Positions 35,948 to 50,400 of a DNA stretch of 64,000 nucleotides are shown piece after piece; within the stretch, counting starts at the first letter, position 1, and every line of letters begins with the position of its first letter. The notes below the pieces were generated by a model that saw only the letters and a program-made list of their open reading frames with translations, had not been told where the DNA came from and searched no databases. The DNA is from Nemertoderma westbladi (Eukaryota > Animalia > Xenacoelomorpha): positions 1-64,000 of the forward strand of contig JAUCBJ010004402.1 in NCBI GenBank assembly GCA_032718475.1, given 5' to 3'. A program made the translations under genes and the position numbers.

Positions 35948-37604
35948 GACACAAGCAAACCCCCCCTAAGTAATACATCCCTCACCTCTTCCTTAATACC
36001 TAGTTTCTGAAGAAACGTTTTGTAGTGCAATAAACACAATAAACACAACAGCTTAAATGAACATTGATATGAACATTTCTATGAGTAATATATATAATGT
36101 TGCAATTAATACCATGTTTAACATAATAGACACCTATAATATATAATATTATGTTAAGTTCATTAAGTTCATGCTAATTCTTCATCAACAACGCCTTTAA
36201 ATGGCATGAACATTGTCAGACACTCATCATCAGATTCAGAGTCACCATTGCCCTGACCTGCGATGCTGACATCACACTCACTCCCACCACTGTCTCCAAC
36301 ACTAACAACATCCTCTCAAATCATGCTACCGGCGTCACACTCACTCTCCTCACTGTCTTCTGCTCCCCCATCAATATTAATACAAGAAGAATAACGAGTA
36401 CCGTTCGTCGCACCACATTTCGCATGGGGTGCCACACGAAGTTGTCTTTAGTAGAATCTGATTAGACCCGTAAAGACGATTTCCCAATGCTTGTCACAGG
36501 GCAGGGGACGACGCTGCCTTCAGTAAATCTTTAATCGTCTGCACATCAGCGGACGAATAGGTAAAAATCCTAACCACTATTCTCTGTGTTGCTGCATTCA
36601 TAAATTCTGCCTTTAAATTACTTATTTTACTAATTTTAAGCTCAAAACACCATTTTATATTGATAAAGTTGGTTACGATATAATATCGACTATTTTGGGT
36701 AAATTATGCTTTACTAAGGGTTTTGACGCCATCTAGTGCCATTATCTGCATACCCAGCTTGTATAATTGCCTTATTGGCTATGCTCCTTACTGATAAGCT
36801 GATATATAAGTACGATTAGTTCTGTGGTTTATTCACTCTTTTTGTTATTGTTGGACAGAAGAAGTCGTATTGTCCATGCAGAGGCACTGATCCCCGGTCA
36901 GGTTTAATTGACTGGTGGTTATTACAGGCCTAAGGTCTAAACTTAAAGAGTTAATAATTTAATTATAATTATTTATCGTTATATTGGATATTCTACTGGT
37001 AAATTCAATTTGTCATTATTTGCTTAATATATCGTCAATATTACAGAATCAAGGAAGTTTTACATGCGCCACAACAGGTGGGTTGCTGTAACTAAGTATC
37101 AGTGATAATCTGGACAATTGTATCAGATTTGTGTATTGTCATATCTCTGACTTACTAAATAATTAATATTATGGCGATATTTCAGACCATTAATATAAGC
37201 AAAGCTCTTATTATTAATTACATCACGATTGAGAGTTGTCACAAATTGAATACTAATACTGTAGTAATATCAATATAATTAGACCAAAGACTTGTCACTA
37301 TACGTTTCCTCTAAAGGGAAACACAATCACCAGACTTGAGTTCTTACAGAATTAATTAGTCAGTCATTTACTTGTTATACTGTGTTGCCACACCCTCCCA
37401 GTATCATATCTCAGTTAAATACAATAGATAATCAAATACCGTATTAGACTAAGCTAAATATAGAGCACACAGATATACATTACATATATCTTATCAAATG
37501 CGCTAACACTGTGAAACCAAATCAACAAGATCATCGAAAGTTACTGTAGCTTCTTTTCCTCGGAGGATTACACTTTGCATCATGGTTTTTATACTACTGC
37601 GTTA

Positions 37605-37657
37605 TCTATATATCTATATATATAAATATCATGTGTCTGTTTGTCTGTCTGTCTGTT
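37605..37657 (+). mobile_element. Possible Helitron-like 5' end with (GTCT)n microsatellite
   Basis: A|TCTATATA...TAAATATCATGTGTCTGTTTGTCTGTCTGTCTG resembles the 5' termini of non-autonomous invertebrate Helitrons. The 3' end was not established. Confidence 0.3.
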
Positions 37658-38085
37658 TGTAAGCGGATTCAATTCCGTGCACTACCCACCGAAAATGGGA
37701 TTAGTGCCATTTTACCAATATAGTTGGCGATGTGAGATTACCAATAATAATCTCACCTCATAACCAACTGGGGCGATACACGCCGTAAGCCACAGAGAGA
37801 GACGTGAGAGGTCAAACCACCTCAGAGGGACAAACAAGCTAGTAAGGCTAGCACCAAGTGACAACGCCAACAGGGAGTGGCGAGGTGAGAATTAATCTGG
37901 TTAAGCCAATAGTGGGCGGGAAAGCCCATTGGGGAGGACAAGAGCGCATCTATTGGATATTAAGGCCACCCTGTAGTGTAGGGCTAATGTAATATGTGTC
38001 AATGATATAACCGTTGTGATTACTGATTATTAGTTTAGTTGATTTCCTTACAGTTGTGAGACCGGAATAGATTTGACCATCGTCA
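37658..38085. mobile_element. TG...CA-bounded dispersed repeat (solo-LTR-like), copy 1
   Basis: Both ends (TGTAAGCGGATT...CATTTTACCAATATAGTTGGCGATG; ...ACAGTTG.AGACCGG.ATAG.TTTGACC..GTCA) recur at 38557-38810. Confidence 0.5.
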
Positions 38086-38493
38086 CTAACGTTGTGTAGC
38101 ATACTATTATATTCAGACTGTGCTATTATCAATTACTGTCATTATTAACACTTAGTTATTAAGTAACTCAGTTTATTTCCAACGGCCTTCGGCCTATTAG
38201 AACAGATCCAGTCAACAGCTTAGCAGCCAACGGATGCGGTAAAGTGAGGAATATATATATAGTACAGACAGGCGCACCTCCACCCACCAATAATTATTAA
38301 ATAAATTCTAGTTATTTATAAATTATATTTATTTGTATTTGATGATTGAACAAACTAAATTGTATGAAACTGAAAACCTTGATTTTCCAATATTAAAGAC
38401 ATTTCAATGTTGCCATGGAAAATAGGGTGAAGGGTTTCAAAAGTATAATATTCGAGGGATAAAAATTGAACCTTCAAATATCTTGTGAAGGCC

Positions 38494-41400
38494 AATGGAA
38501 CAACCTCGGATAATAATGGAACAACCCTCGGTTAATAATGTAACAACGGAACAACCTGTAAGCGGATTAAATTCCCTACACCACCCACCGAAAGTGGGAC
38601 CAGTGGCATTTTACCAATATAGTTGGCGATGCGAGATTACCAATAATAATCTTGCATCCATTGTGTAATGTGCATCCATTGAGTGCCAAAGGCCACACAG
38701 TAGTGTAGAGCTGAAACCAATATGTATCAATTATATAGTTACTCTAATTACTGATTTACCGGACAGTTGATTCTCTCACAGTTGCAGACCGGCATAGTTT
38801 TTGACCGTCATAATGTAACAACGGAACAACCTCGGTTAATAATGTAACAACCAGAACAACCCTCGGTTAATAATGTAACAACGGAACAACCCTCGGTTAA
38901 TAATGTAACAACGGAACAACCTCGGTTAATAATGTAACAACCAGAACAACCCTCGGTTAATAATGTAACAACCAGAACAACCCTCGGTTAATAATGTAAC
39001 AACGGAACAACCCTCGGTTAATAATGTAACAACCAGAACAACCCTCGGTTAATAATGTAACAACGGAACAACCCTCGGTTAATAATGTAACAACCAGAAC
39101 AACCCTCGGTTAATAATGTAACAACGGAAAAACCTCGATTAATAATGTAACAACGGAACAACCATCGGTTAATAATGTAACAACGGAACAACCCTCGGTT
39201 AATAATGTAACAAAGGAACAACGGAACAACCATCGGTTAATAATGTAACAACAGAACAACCACGGTTAATAATGTAACAACGGAACAACCCTCGGTTAAT
39301 AATGTAACAACGGAACGACCTCGGTTTATAATGGAACAACGGAACAACCTCGGTTAATAATGTAACAACGGAACAACCTCGATTAATAATGTAACAACGG
39401 AACAACCATCGGTTAATAATGTAACAACGGAACAACCCTCGGTTAATAATGTAACAACGGAACAACCCTTGGTTAATAATGTAACAACGGAACAACCTCG
39501 GTTAATAATGGAACAACGGAACAACCTCGGTTAATAATGTAACAAAGGAACAACGGAACAACCATCGGTTAATAATGTAACAACGGAACAACCCTCGGTT
39601 AATAATGTAACAAAGGAACAACGGAACAACCATCGGTTAATAATGTAACAACAGAACAACCACGGTTAATAATGTAACAACGGAACAACCCTCGGTTAAT
39701 AATGTAACAACGGAACGACCTCGGTTTATAATGTAACAACGGAACAACCTCGATTAATAATGTAACAACGGAACAACCATCGGTTAATAATGCAACAACG
39801 GAACAACCTCGGTTAATAATGTAACAACAGAACAACCACGGTTAATAATGTAACAAAGGAACAACCCTCGGTTAATAATGTAACAACGGAACAACCCTCG
39901 GTTAATAATGTAACAAAGGAACATCCTCGGTTAATAATATAACAACGGAACAACCCTCGGTTAATAATGTAACAACGGAACAACCCTCGGTTAATAATGT
40001 AACAACGGAACAACCCTCGGTTAATAATGTAAAAACGGAACAACCTCGGTTAATAATGGAACAACGGAACAACCACGGTTTATAATGTAACAACGGTACA
40101 ACCACGGTTAATATTGTAACAACGGAACGACCTCGGTTAATATTGTAACAACGGAACAACCTCAGTTAATAATATAACAACGGAACAACCCTCGGTTAAT
40201 AATGTAACAATGGAACAACTTTCGGTTAATAATATAACAACGGAACAACCCTCGGTTAATAATGTAACAACGGAACAACCCTCGGTTAATAATGTAACAA
40301 CGGAACAACCCTCGGTTAATAATATAACAACGGAACAACCCTCGGTTAAGAATGTAACAACGGAACGACCTCAGTTAATAATGTAACAACGGAACAACTC
40401 TCGGTTAATAATATAACAACAGAACAACCACGGTTAATAATGTAACAACGGAACAACCCTCGGTTAATAATGTAACAACGGAACAACCCTCGGTTAATAA
40501 TGTAACAACGGAACAACCTCGGTTAATAATATAACAACGGAACAACCCTCGGTTAATAATGTAACAACGGAACAACCCTCGGTTAATAATGTAACAACGG
40601 AACAACCCTCGGTTAATAATGTAACAACGGAACAACTCTCGGTTAATAATATAACAACAGAACAACCACGGTTAATAATGTAACAACGGAACAACCCTCG
40701 GTTAATAATGTAACAACGGAACAACCCTCGGTTAATAATGTAACAAAGGAACAACCTCGGTTAATAATATAACAACGGAACAACCCTCGGTTAATAATGT
40801 AACAACGGAACAACCCTCGGTTAATAATGTAACAACGGAACAACCCTCGGTTAATAATGTAACAACGGAACAACCACGGTTAATAATGTAACAACGGAAC
40901 GACCTCGGTTAATAATGTAACAACGGAACAACCCTCGGTTAATAATGTAAAAACGGAACAACCTCGGTTAATAATGGAACAACGGAACAACCACGGTTTA
41001 TAATGTAACAACGGTACAACCACGGTTAATATTGTAACAACGGAACGACCTCGGTTAATATTGTAACAACGGAACAACCTCAGTTAATAATATAACAACG
41101 GAACAACCCTCGGTTAATAATGTAACAATGGAACAACTTTCGGTTAATAATATAACAACGGGACAACCCTCGGTTAATAATGTAACAACGGAACAACCCT
41201 CGGTTAATTATGTAACAATGAAACAACTTTCGGTTAATAATATAACAACGGAACAACCCTCGGTTAATAATGTAACAACGGAACAACCATCGGTTAATAA
41301 TGTAACAACGGAATAACCCTCGGTTAATAATGTAACAAAGGAACAACGGAACAACCATCGGTTAATAATGTAACAACAGAACAACTACGGTTAATAATGT

Positions 41401-44400
41401 AACAACGGAACAACCCTCGGTTAATATTGTAACAACGGAACAACCTCAGTTAATAATATAACAACGGAACAACCCTCGGTTAATAATGTAACAATGGAAC
41501 AACCTCAGTTAATAATATAACAACGGAACAACCCTCGGTTAATAATGTAACAATGTAACAACTTTCGGTTAATAATATAACAACGGAACAACCCTCGGTT
41601 AATAATGTAACAACGGAACAACCATCGGTTAATAATGTAACAACGGAACAACCCTCGGTTAATAATGTAACAAAGGAACAACGGAACAACCATCGGTTAA
41701 TAATGTAACAACAGAACAACCACGGTTAATAATGTAACAACGGAACAACCCTCGGTTAATAATGTAACAACGGAACGACCTCGGTTTATAATGGAACAAC
41801 GGAACAACCTCGATTAATAATGTAACAACGGAACAACCTCGATTAATAATGTAACAACGGAACAACCATCGGTTAATAATGTAACAACGGAACAACCCTC
41901 GGTTAATAATGTAACAAAGGAACAACGGAACAACCATCGGTTAATAATGTAACAACAGAACAACCACGGTTAATAATGTAACAACGGAACAACCCTCGGT
42001 TAATAATGTAACAACGGAACAACCCTCGGTTAATAATGTAACAAAGGAACAACCTCGGTTAATAATATAACAACGGAACAACCCTCGGTTAATAATGTAA
42101 CAACGGAACAACCCTCGGTTAATAATGTAACAACGGAACAACCCTCGGTTAATAATGTAACAACGGAACAACCACGGTTAATAATGTAACAACGGAACGA
42201 CCTCGGTTAATAATGTAACAACGGAACAACCCTCGGTTAATAATGTAAAAACGGAACAACCTCGGTTAATAATGGAACAACGGAACAACCACGGTTTATA
42301 ATGTAACAACGGTACAACCACGGTTAATATTGTAACAACGGAACGACCTCGGTTAATATTGTAACAACGGAACAACCTCAGTTAATAATATAACAACGGA
42401 ACAACCCTCGGTTAATAATGTAACAATGGAACAACTTTCGGTTAATAATATAACAACGGAACAACCCTCGGTTAATAATGTAACAACGGAACAACCCTCG
42501 GTTAATAATGTAACAACGGAACAACCCTCGGTTAATAATATAACAACGGAACAACCCTCGGTTAAGAATGTAACAACGGAACAACCTCAGTTAATAATGT
42601 AACAACGGAACAACTCTCGGTTAATAGTATAACAACAGAACAACCACGGTTAATAATGTAACAACGGAACAACCCTCGGTTAATAATGTAACAACGGAAC
42701 AACCCTCGGTTAATAATGTAACAACGGAACAACCTCGGTTAATAATATAACAACGGAACAACCCTCGGTTAATAATGTAACAACGGAACAACCCTCGGTT
42801 AATAATGTAACAACGGAACAACCCTTGGTTAATAATGTAACAACGGAACAACTCTCGGTTAATAATATAACAACAGAACAACCACGGTTAATAATGTAAC
42901 AACGGAACAACCCTCGGTTAATAATGTAACAACGGAACAACCCTCGGTTAATAATGTAACAAAGGAACAACCTCGGTTAATAATATAACAACGGAACAAC
43001 CCTCGGTTAATAATGTAACAACGGAACAACCCTCGGTTAATAATGTAACAACGGAACAACCCTCGGTTAATAATGTAACAACGGAACAACCACGGTTAAT
43101 AATGTAACAACGGAACGACCTCGGTTAATAATGTAACAACGGAACAACCCTCGGTTAATAATGTAAAAACGGAACAACCTCGGTTAATAATGGAACAACG
43201 GAACAACCACGGTTTATAATGTAACAACGGTACAACCACGGTTAATATTGTAACAACGGAACGACCTCGGTTAATATTGTAACAACGGAACAACCTCAGT
43301 TAATAATATAACAACAGAACAACCCTCGGTTAATAATGTAACAATGGAACAACTTTCGGTTAATAATATAACAACGGAACAACCCTCGGTTAATAATGTA
43401 ACAACGGAACAACCCTCGGTTAATAATGTAACAACGGAACAACCCTCGGTTAATAATATAACAACGGAACAACCCTCGGTTAAGAATGTAACAACGGAAC
43501 AACCTCAGTTAATAATGTAACAACGGAACAACTCTCGGTTAATAATATAACAACAGAACAACCACGGTTAATAATGTAACAACGGAACAACCCTCGGTTA
43601 ATAATGTAACAACGGAACAACCCTCGGTTAATAATGTAACAACGGAACAACCTCGGTTAATAATATAACAACGGAACAACCCTCGGTTAATAATGTAACA
43701 ACGGAACAACCCTCGGTTAATAATGTAACAACGGAACAACCCTTGGTTAATAATGTAACAACGGAACAACTCTCGGTTAATAATATAACAACAGAACAAC
43801 CACGGTTAATAATGTAACAACGGAACAACCCTCGGTTAATAATGTAACAACGGAACAACCCTCGGTTAATAATGTAACAAAGGAACAACCTCGGTTATAA
43901 TATAACAACGGAACAACCCTCGGTTAATAATGTAACAACGGAACGACCTCGGTTAATAATGTAACAACGGAACAACCCTCGGTTAATAATGTAAAAACGG
44001 AACAACCTCGGTTAATAATGGAACAACGGAACAACCACGGTTTATAATGTAACAACAGTACAACCACGGTTAATATTGTAACAACGGAACGACCTCGGTT
44101 AATATTGTAACAACGGAACAACCTCAGTTAATAATATAACAACGGAACAACCCTCGGTTAATAATGTAACAATGGAACAACTTTCGGTTAATAATATAAC
44201 AACGGAACAACCCTCGGTTAATAATGTAACAACGGAACAACCCTCGGTTAATAATGTAACAACGGAACAACCCTCGGTTAATAATATAACAACGGAACAA
44301 CCCTCGGTTAAGAATGTAACAACGGAACAACCTCAGTTAATAATGTAACAACGGAACAACTCTCGGTTAATAATATAACAACAGAACAACCACGGTTAAT

Positions 44401-47400
44401 AATGTAACAACGGAACAACCCTCGGTTAATAATGTAACAACGGAACAACCCTCGGTTAATAATGTAACAACGGAACAACCTCGGTTAATAATATAACAAC
44501 GGAACAACCCTCGGTTAATAATGTAACAACGGAACAACCCTCGGTTAATAATGTAACAACGGAACAACCCTTGGTTAATAATGTAACAACGGAACAACTC
44601 TCGGTTAATAATATAACAACAGAACAACCACGGTTAATAATGTAACAACGGAACAACCCTCGGTTAATAATGTAACAACGGAACAACCCTCGGTTAATAA
44701 TGTAACAAAGGAACAACCTCGGTTAATAATATAACAACGGAACAACCCTCGGTTAATAATGTAACAACGGAACAACCCTCGGTTAATAATGTAACAACGG
44801 AACAACCCTCGGTTAATAATGTAACAACGGAACAACCACGGTTAATAATGTAACAACGGAACGACCTCGGTTAATAATGTAACAACGGAACAACCCTCGG
44901 TTAATAATGTAAAAACGGAACAACCTCGGTTAATAATGGAACAACGGAACAACCACGGTTTATAATGTAACAACGGTACAACCACGGTTAATATTGTAAC
45001 AACGGAACGACCTCGGTTAATATTGTAACAACGGAACAACCTCAGTTAATAATATAACAACGGAACAACCCTCGGTTAATAATGTAACAATGGAACAACT
45101 TTCGGTTAATAATATAACAACGGAACAACCCTCGGTTAATAATGTAACAACGGAACAACCCTCGGTTAATAATGTAACAACGGAACAACCCTCGGTTAAT
45201 AATATAACAACGGAACAACCCTCGGTTAAGAATGTAACAACGGAACAACCTCAGTTAATAATGTAACAACGGAACAACTCTCGGTTAATAATATAACAAC
45301 AGAACAACCACGGTTAATAATGTAACAACGGAACAACCCTCGGTTAATAATGTAACAACGGAACAACCCTCGGTTAATAATGTAACAACGGAACAACCTC
45401 GGTTAATAATATAACAACGGAACAACCCTCGGTTAATAATGTAACAACGGAACAACCCTCGGTTAATAATGTAACAACGGAACAACCCTTGGTTAATAAT
45501 GTAACAACGGAACAACTCTCGGTTAATAATATAACAACAGAACAACCACGGTTAATAATGTAACAACGGAACAACCCTCGGTTAATAATGTAACAACGGA
45601 ACAACCCTCGGTTAATAATGTAACAAAGGAACAACCTCGGTTATAATATAACAACGGAACAACCCTCGGTTAATAATGTAACAACGGAACAACCCTCGGT
45701 TAATAATGTAACAACGGAACAACCCTCGGTTAATAATGTAACAACGGAACAACCACGTTTAATAATGTAACAACGGGACGACCTCGGTTAATAATGTAAC
45801 AACGGAACAACCCTCGGTTAATAATGTAAAAACGGAACAACCTCGGCTAATAATGGAACAACGGAACAACCACGGTTTATAATGTAACAACGGTACAACC
45901 ACGGTTAATATTGTAACAACGGAACGACCTCGGTTAATATTGTAACAACGGAACAACCTCAGTTAATAATATAACAACGGAACAACCCTCGGTTAATAAT
46001 GTAACAATGGAACAACTTTCGGTTAATAATATAACAACGGAACAACCCCCGGTTAATAATGTAACAACGGAACAACCCTCGGTTAATAATGTAACAACGG
46101 AACAACCCTCGGTTAATAATATAACAACGGAACAACCCTCGGTTAAGAATGTAACAACGGAACAACCTCAGTTAATAATGTAACAACGGAACAACTCTCG
46201 GTTAATAATATAACAACAGAACAACCACGGTTAATAATGTAACAACGGAACAACCCTCGGTTAATAATGTAACAACGGAACAACCCTCGGTTAATAATGT
46301 AACAACGGAACAACCTCGGTTAATAATATAACAACGGAACAACCCTCGGTTAATAATGTAACAACGGAACAACCCTCGGTTAATAATGTAACAACGGAAC
46401 AACCCTCGGTTAATAATGTAACAACGGAACAACCACGGTTAATAATGTAACAACGGAACGACCTCGGTTAATAATGTAACAACGGAACAACCCTCGGTTA
46501 ATAATGTAAAAACGGAACAACCTCGGTTAATAATGGAACAACGGAACAACCACGGTTTATAATGTAACAACGGTACAACCACGGTTAATAATGTAACAAC
46601 GGAACAACCCTTGGTTAATAATGTAACAACGGAACAACCCTCGGTTAATAATGTAACAACGGAACAACCTCGGTTAATAATATAACAACGGAACAACCCT
46701 CGGTTAATAATGTAACAACGGAACAACCCTCGGTTAATAATGTAACAACGGAACAACCCTTGGTTAATAATGTAACAACGGAACAACTCTCGGTTAATAA
46801 TATAACAACAGAACAACCACGGTTAATAATGTAACCACGGAACAACACTCGGTTAATAATGTAACAACGGAACAACCCTCGGTTAATAATGTAACAAAGG
46901 AACAACCTCGGTTATAATATAACAACGGATCAACCCTCGGTTAATAATGTAACAACGGAACAACCCTCGGTTAATAATGTAACAACGGAACAACCCTCGG
47001 TTAATAATGTAACAACGGAACAACCACGGTTAATAATGTAACAACGGAACGACCTCGGTTAATAATGTAACAACGGAACAACCCTCGGTTAATAATGTAA
47101 AAACGGAACAACCTCGGTTAATAATGGAACAACGGAACAACCACGGTTTATAATGTAACAACGGTACAACCACGGTTAATATTGTAACAACGGAACGACC
47201 TCGGTTAATATTGTAAAAACGGAACAACCTCAGTTAATAATATAACAACGGAACAACCCTCGGTTAATAATGTAACAATGGAACAACTTTCGGTTAATAA
47301 TATAACAACGGAACAACCCTCGGTTAATAATGTAACAACGGAACAACCCTCGGTTAATAATGTAACAACGGAACAACCCTCGGTTAATAATATAACAACG

Positions 47401-50400
47401 GAACAACCCTCTGTTAAGAATGTAACAACGGAACAACCTCAGTTAATAATGTAACAACGGAACAACTCTCGGTTAATAATATAACAACAGAACAACCACG
47501 GTTAATAATGTAACAACGGAACAACCCTCGGTTAATAATGTAACAACGGAACAACCCTCGGTTAATAATGTAACAACGGAACAACCTCGGTTAATAATAT
47601 AACAACGGAACAACCCTCGGTTAATAATGTAACAACGGAACAACCCTCGGTTAATAATGTAACAACGGAACAACCCTCGGTTAATAATGTAACAACGGAA
47701 CAACCACGGTTAATAATGTAACAACGGAACGACCTCGGTTAATAATGTAACAACGGAACAACCCTCGGTTAATAATGTAAAAACGGAACAACCTCGGTTA
47801 ATAATGGAACAACGGAACAACCACGGTTTATAATGTAACAACGGTACAACCACGGTTAATATTGTAACAACGGAACGACCTCGGTTAATATTGTAACAAC
47901 GGAACAACCTCAGTTAATAATATAACAACGGAACAACCCGCGGTTAATAATGTAACAATGGAACAACTTTCGGTTAATAATATAACAACGGAACAACCCT
48001 CGGTTAATAATGTAACAACGGAACAACCCTCGGTTAATAATATAACAACGGAACAACCCTCGGTTAAGAATGTAACAACGGAACAACCTCAGTTAATAAT
48101 GCAACAACGGAACAACTCTCGGTTAATAATATAACAACGGAACAACCCTCGGTTAATAATGGAACAACCCTCGGTTAATAATGTAACAAAGGAACAACCA
48201 CGGTTAATAATGTAACAACGGAACAACCCTCGGTTAATAATGTAACAACGGAACAACCTCAGTTAATAATGGAATAACGGAACAACCTCGGTTAATAATA
48301 TAACAACGGAACAACCTCGGTTAATAATATAACAACGGAACAACCTCAGTTAATAATGGAATAACGGAACAACCTCGGTTAATAATATAACAACGGAACA
48401 ACCTTGGTTAATAATGTAACAACGGAACAACCTCAGTTAATAATATAACAACGGAACAACCATCGGTTAATAATGTAACAACGGATTAACCTCGGTTAAT
48501 AATGTAACAACGAAACAACCTCGGTTAATAATGGAACAACACACGGTTAATGATGTAACAACGGAACAACCCTCAGTTAATAATGGAACAACACACGGTT
48601 AATAATGTAACAACGGAACGACCTCGGTTAATAATGTAACAACAGAACAACCTCGGTTAATATTGTAACAACGGAACAACCTCGGTTAATAATGTAACAA
48701 CGGAACAACCTCGGTTTATAATGGAACAACATCGATTAATAATGGAACAACCCTCGGTTAATAATGTAACAATGGAACAACCCCGGTTTATAATGTAACA
48801 ACGGAACAACCTCGGTTAATAATGTAACAACGGAACAACCTCGGTTAATAATGTAACAACGGAACAACCTCGTTTTATAATGGAACAACATCGATTAATA
48901 ATGGAACAACCCTCGGTTAATCATGTAACAATGGAACAACCCCGGTTTATAATGTAACAACGGAACAACCTCGGTTAATAATGTAACAATGGAACAACGG
49001 AACAACCTCGGTTAATAATGTAACAACGGAACAACCCTCGGTTAATAATGTAACAAAGGAACAACCTCGGTTAATAATATAACAACGGAACAACCCTCGG
49101 TTAATAATGTAACAACGGAACAACCCTCGGTTAATAATGTAACAACGGAACAACCCTCGGTTAATAATGTAACAACGGAACAACCACGGTTAATAATGTA
49201 ACAACGGAACGACCTCGGTTAATCATGTAACAACGGAACAACCCTCGGTTAATAATGTAAAAACGGAACAACCTCGGTTAATAATGGAACAACGGAACAA
49301 CCACGGTTTATAATGTAACAACGGTACAACCACGGTTAATATTGTAACAACGGAACGACCTCGGTTAATATTGTAACAACGGAACAACCTCAGTTAATAA
49401 TATAACAACGGAACAACCCTCGGTTAATAATGTAACAATGGAACAACTTTCGGTTAATAATATAACAACGGAACAACCCTCGGTTAATAATGTAACAACG
49501 GAACAACCCTCGGTTAATAATGTAACAACGGAACAACCCTCGGTTAATAATATAACAACGGAACAACCCTCTGTTAAGAATGTAACAACGGAACAACCTC
49601 AGTTAATAATGTAACAACGGAACAACTCTCGGTTAATAATATAACAACAGAACAACCACGGTTAATAATGTAACAACGGAACAACCCTCGGTTAATAATG
49701 TAACAACGGAACAACCCTCGGTTAATAATGTAACAACGGAACAACCTCGGTTAATAATATAACAACGGAACAACCCTCGGTTAATAATGTAACAACGGAA
49801 CAACCCTCGGTTAATAATGTAACAACGGAACAACCCTCGGTTAATAATGTAACAACGGAACAACCACGGTTAATAATGTAACAACGGAACGACCTCGGTT
49901 AATAATGTAACAACGGAACAACCCTCGGTTAATAATGTAAAAACGGAACAACCTCGGTTAATAATGGAACAACGGAACAACCACGGTTTATAATGTAACA
50001 ACGGTACAACCACGGTTAATATTGTAACAACGGAACGACCTCGGTTAATATTGTAACAACGGAACAACCTCAGTTAATAATATAACAACGGAACAACCCG
50101 CGGTTAATAATGTAACAATGGAACAACTTTCGGTTAATAATATAACAACGGAACAACCCTCGGTTAATAATGTAACAACGGAACAACCCTCGGTTAATAA
50201 TATAACAACGGAACAACCCTCGGTTAAGAATGTAACAACGGAACAACCTCAGTTAATAATGCAACAACGGAACAACTCTCGGTTAATAATATAACAACGG
50301 AACAACCCTCGGTTAATAATGGAACAACCCTCGGTTAATAATGTAACAAAGGAACAACCACGGTTAATAATGTAACAACGGAACAACCCTCGGTTAATAA

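Noticed and set aside
29943-35978. Long ORFs (up to 811 aa) of RYVV / SAIC / HIAL / TTYR repeats
   Set aside because: These are a by-product of a 12-bp unit lacking stops in several frames on both strands; there is no coding evidence.
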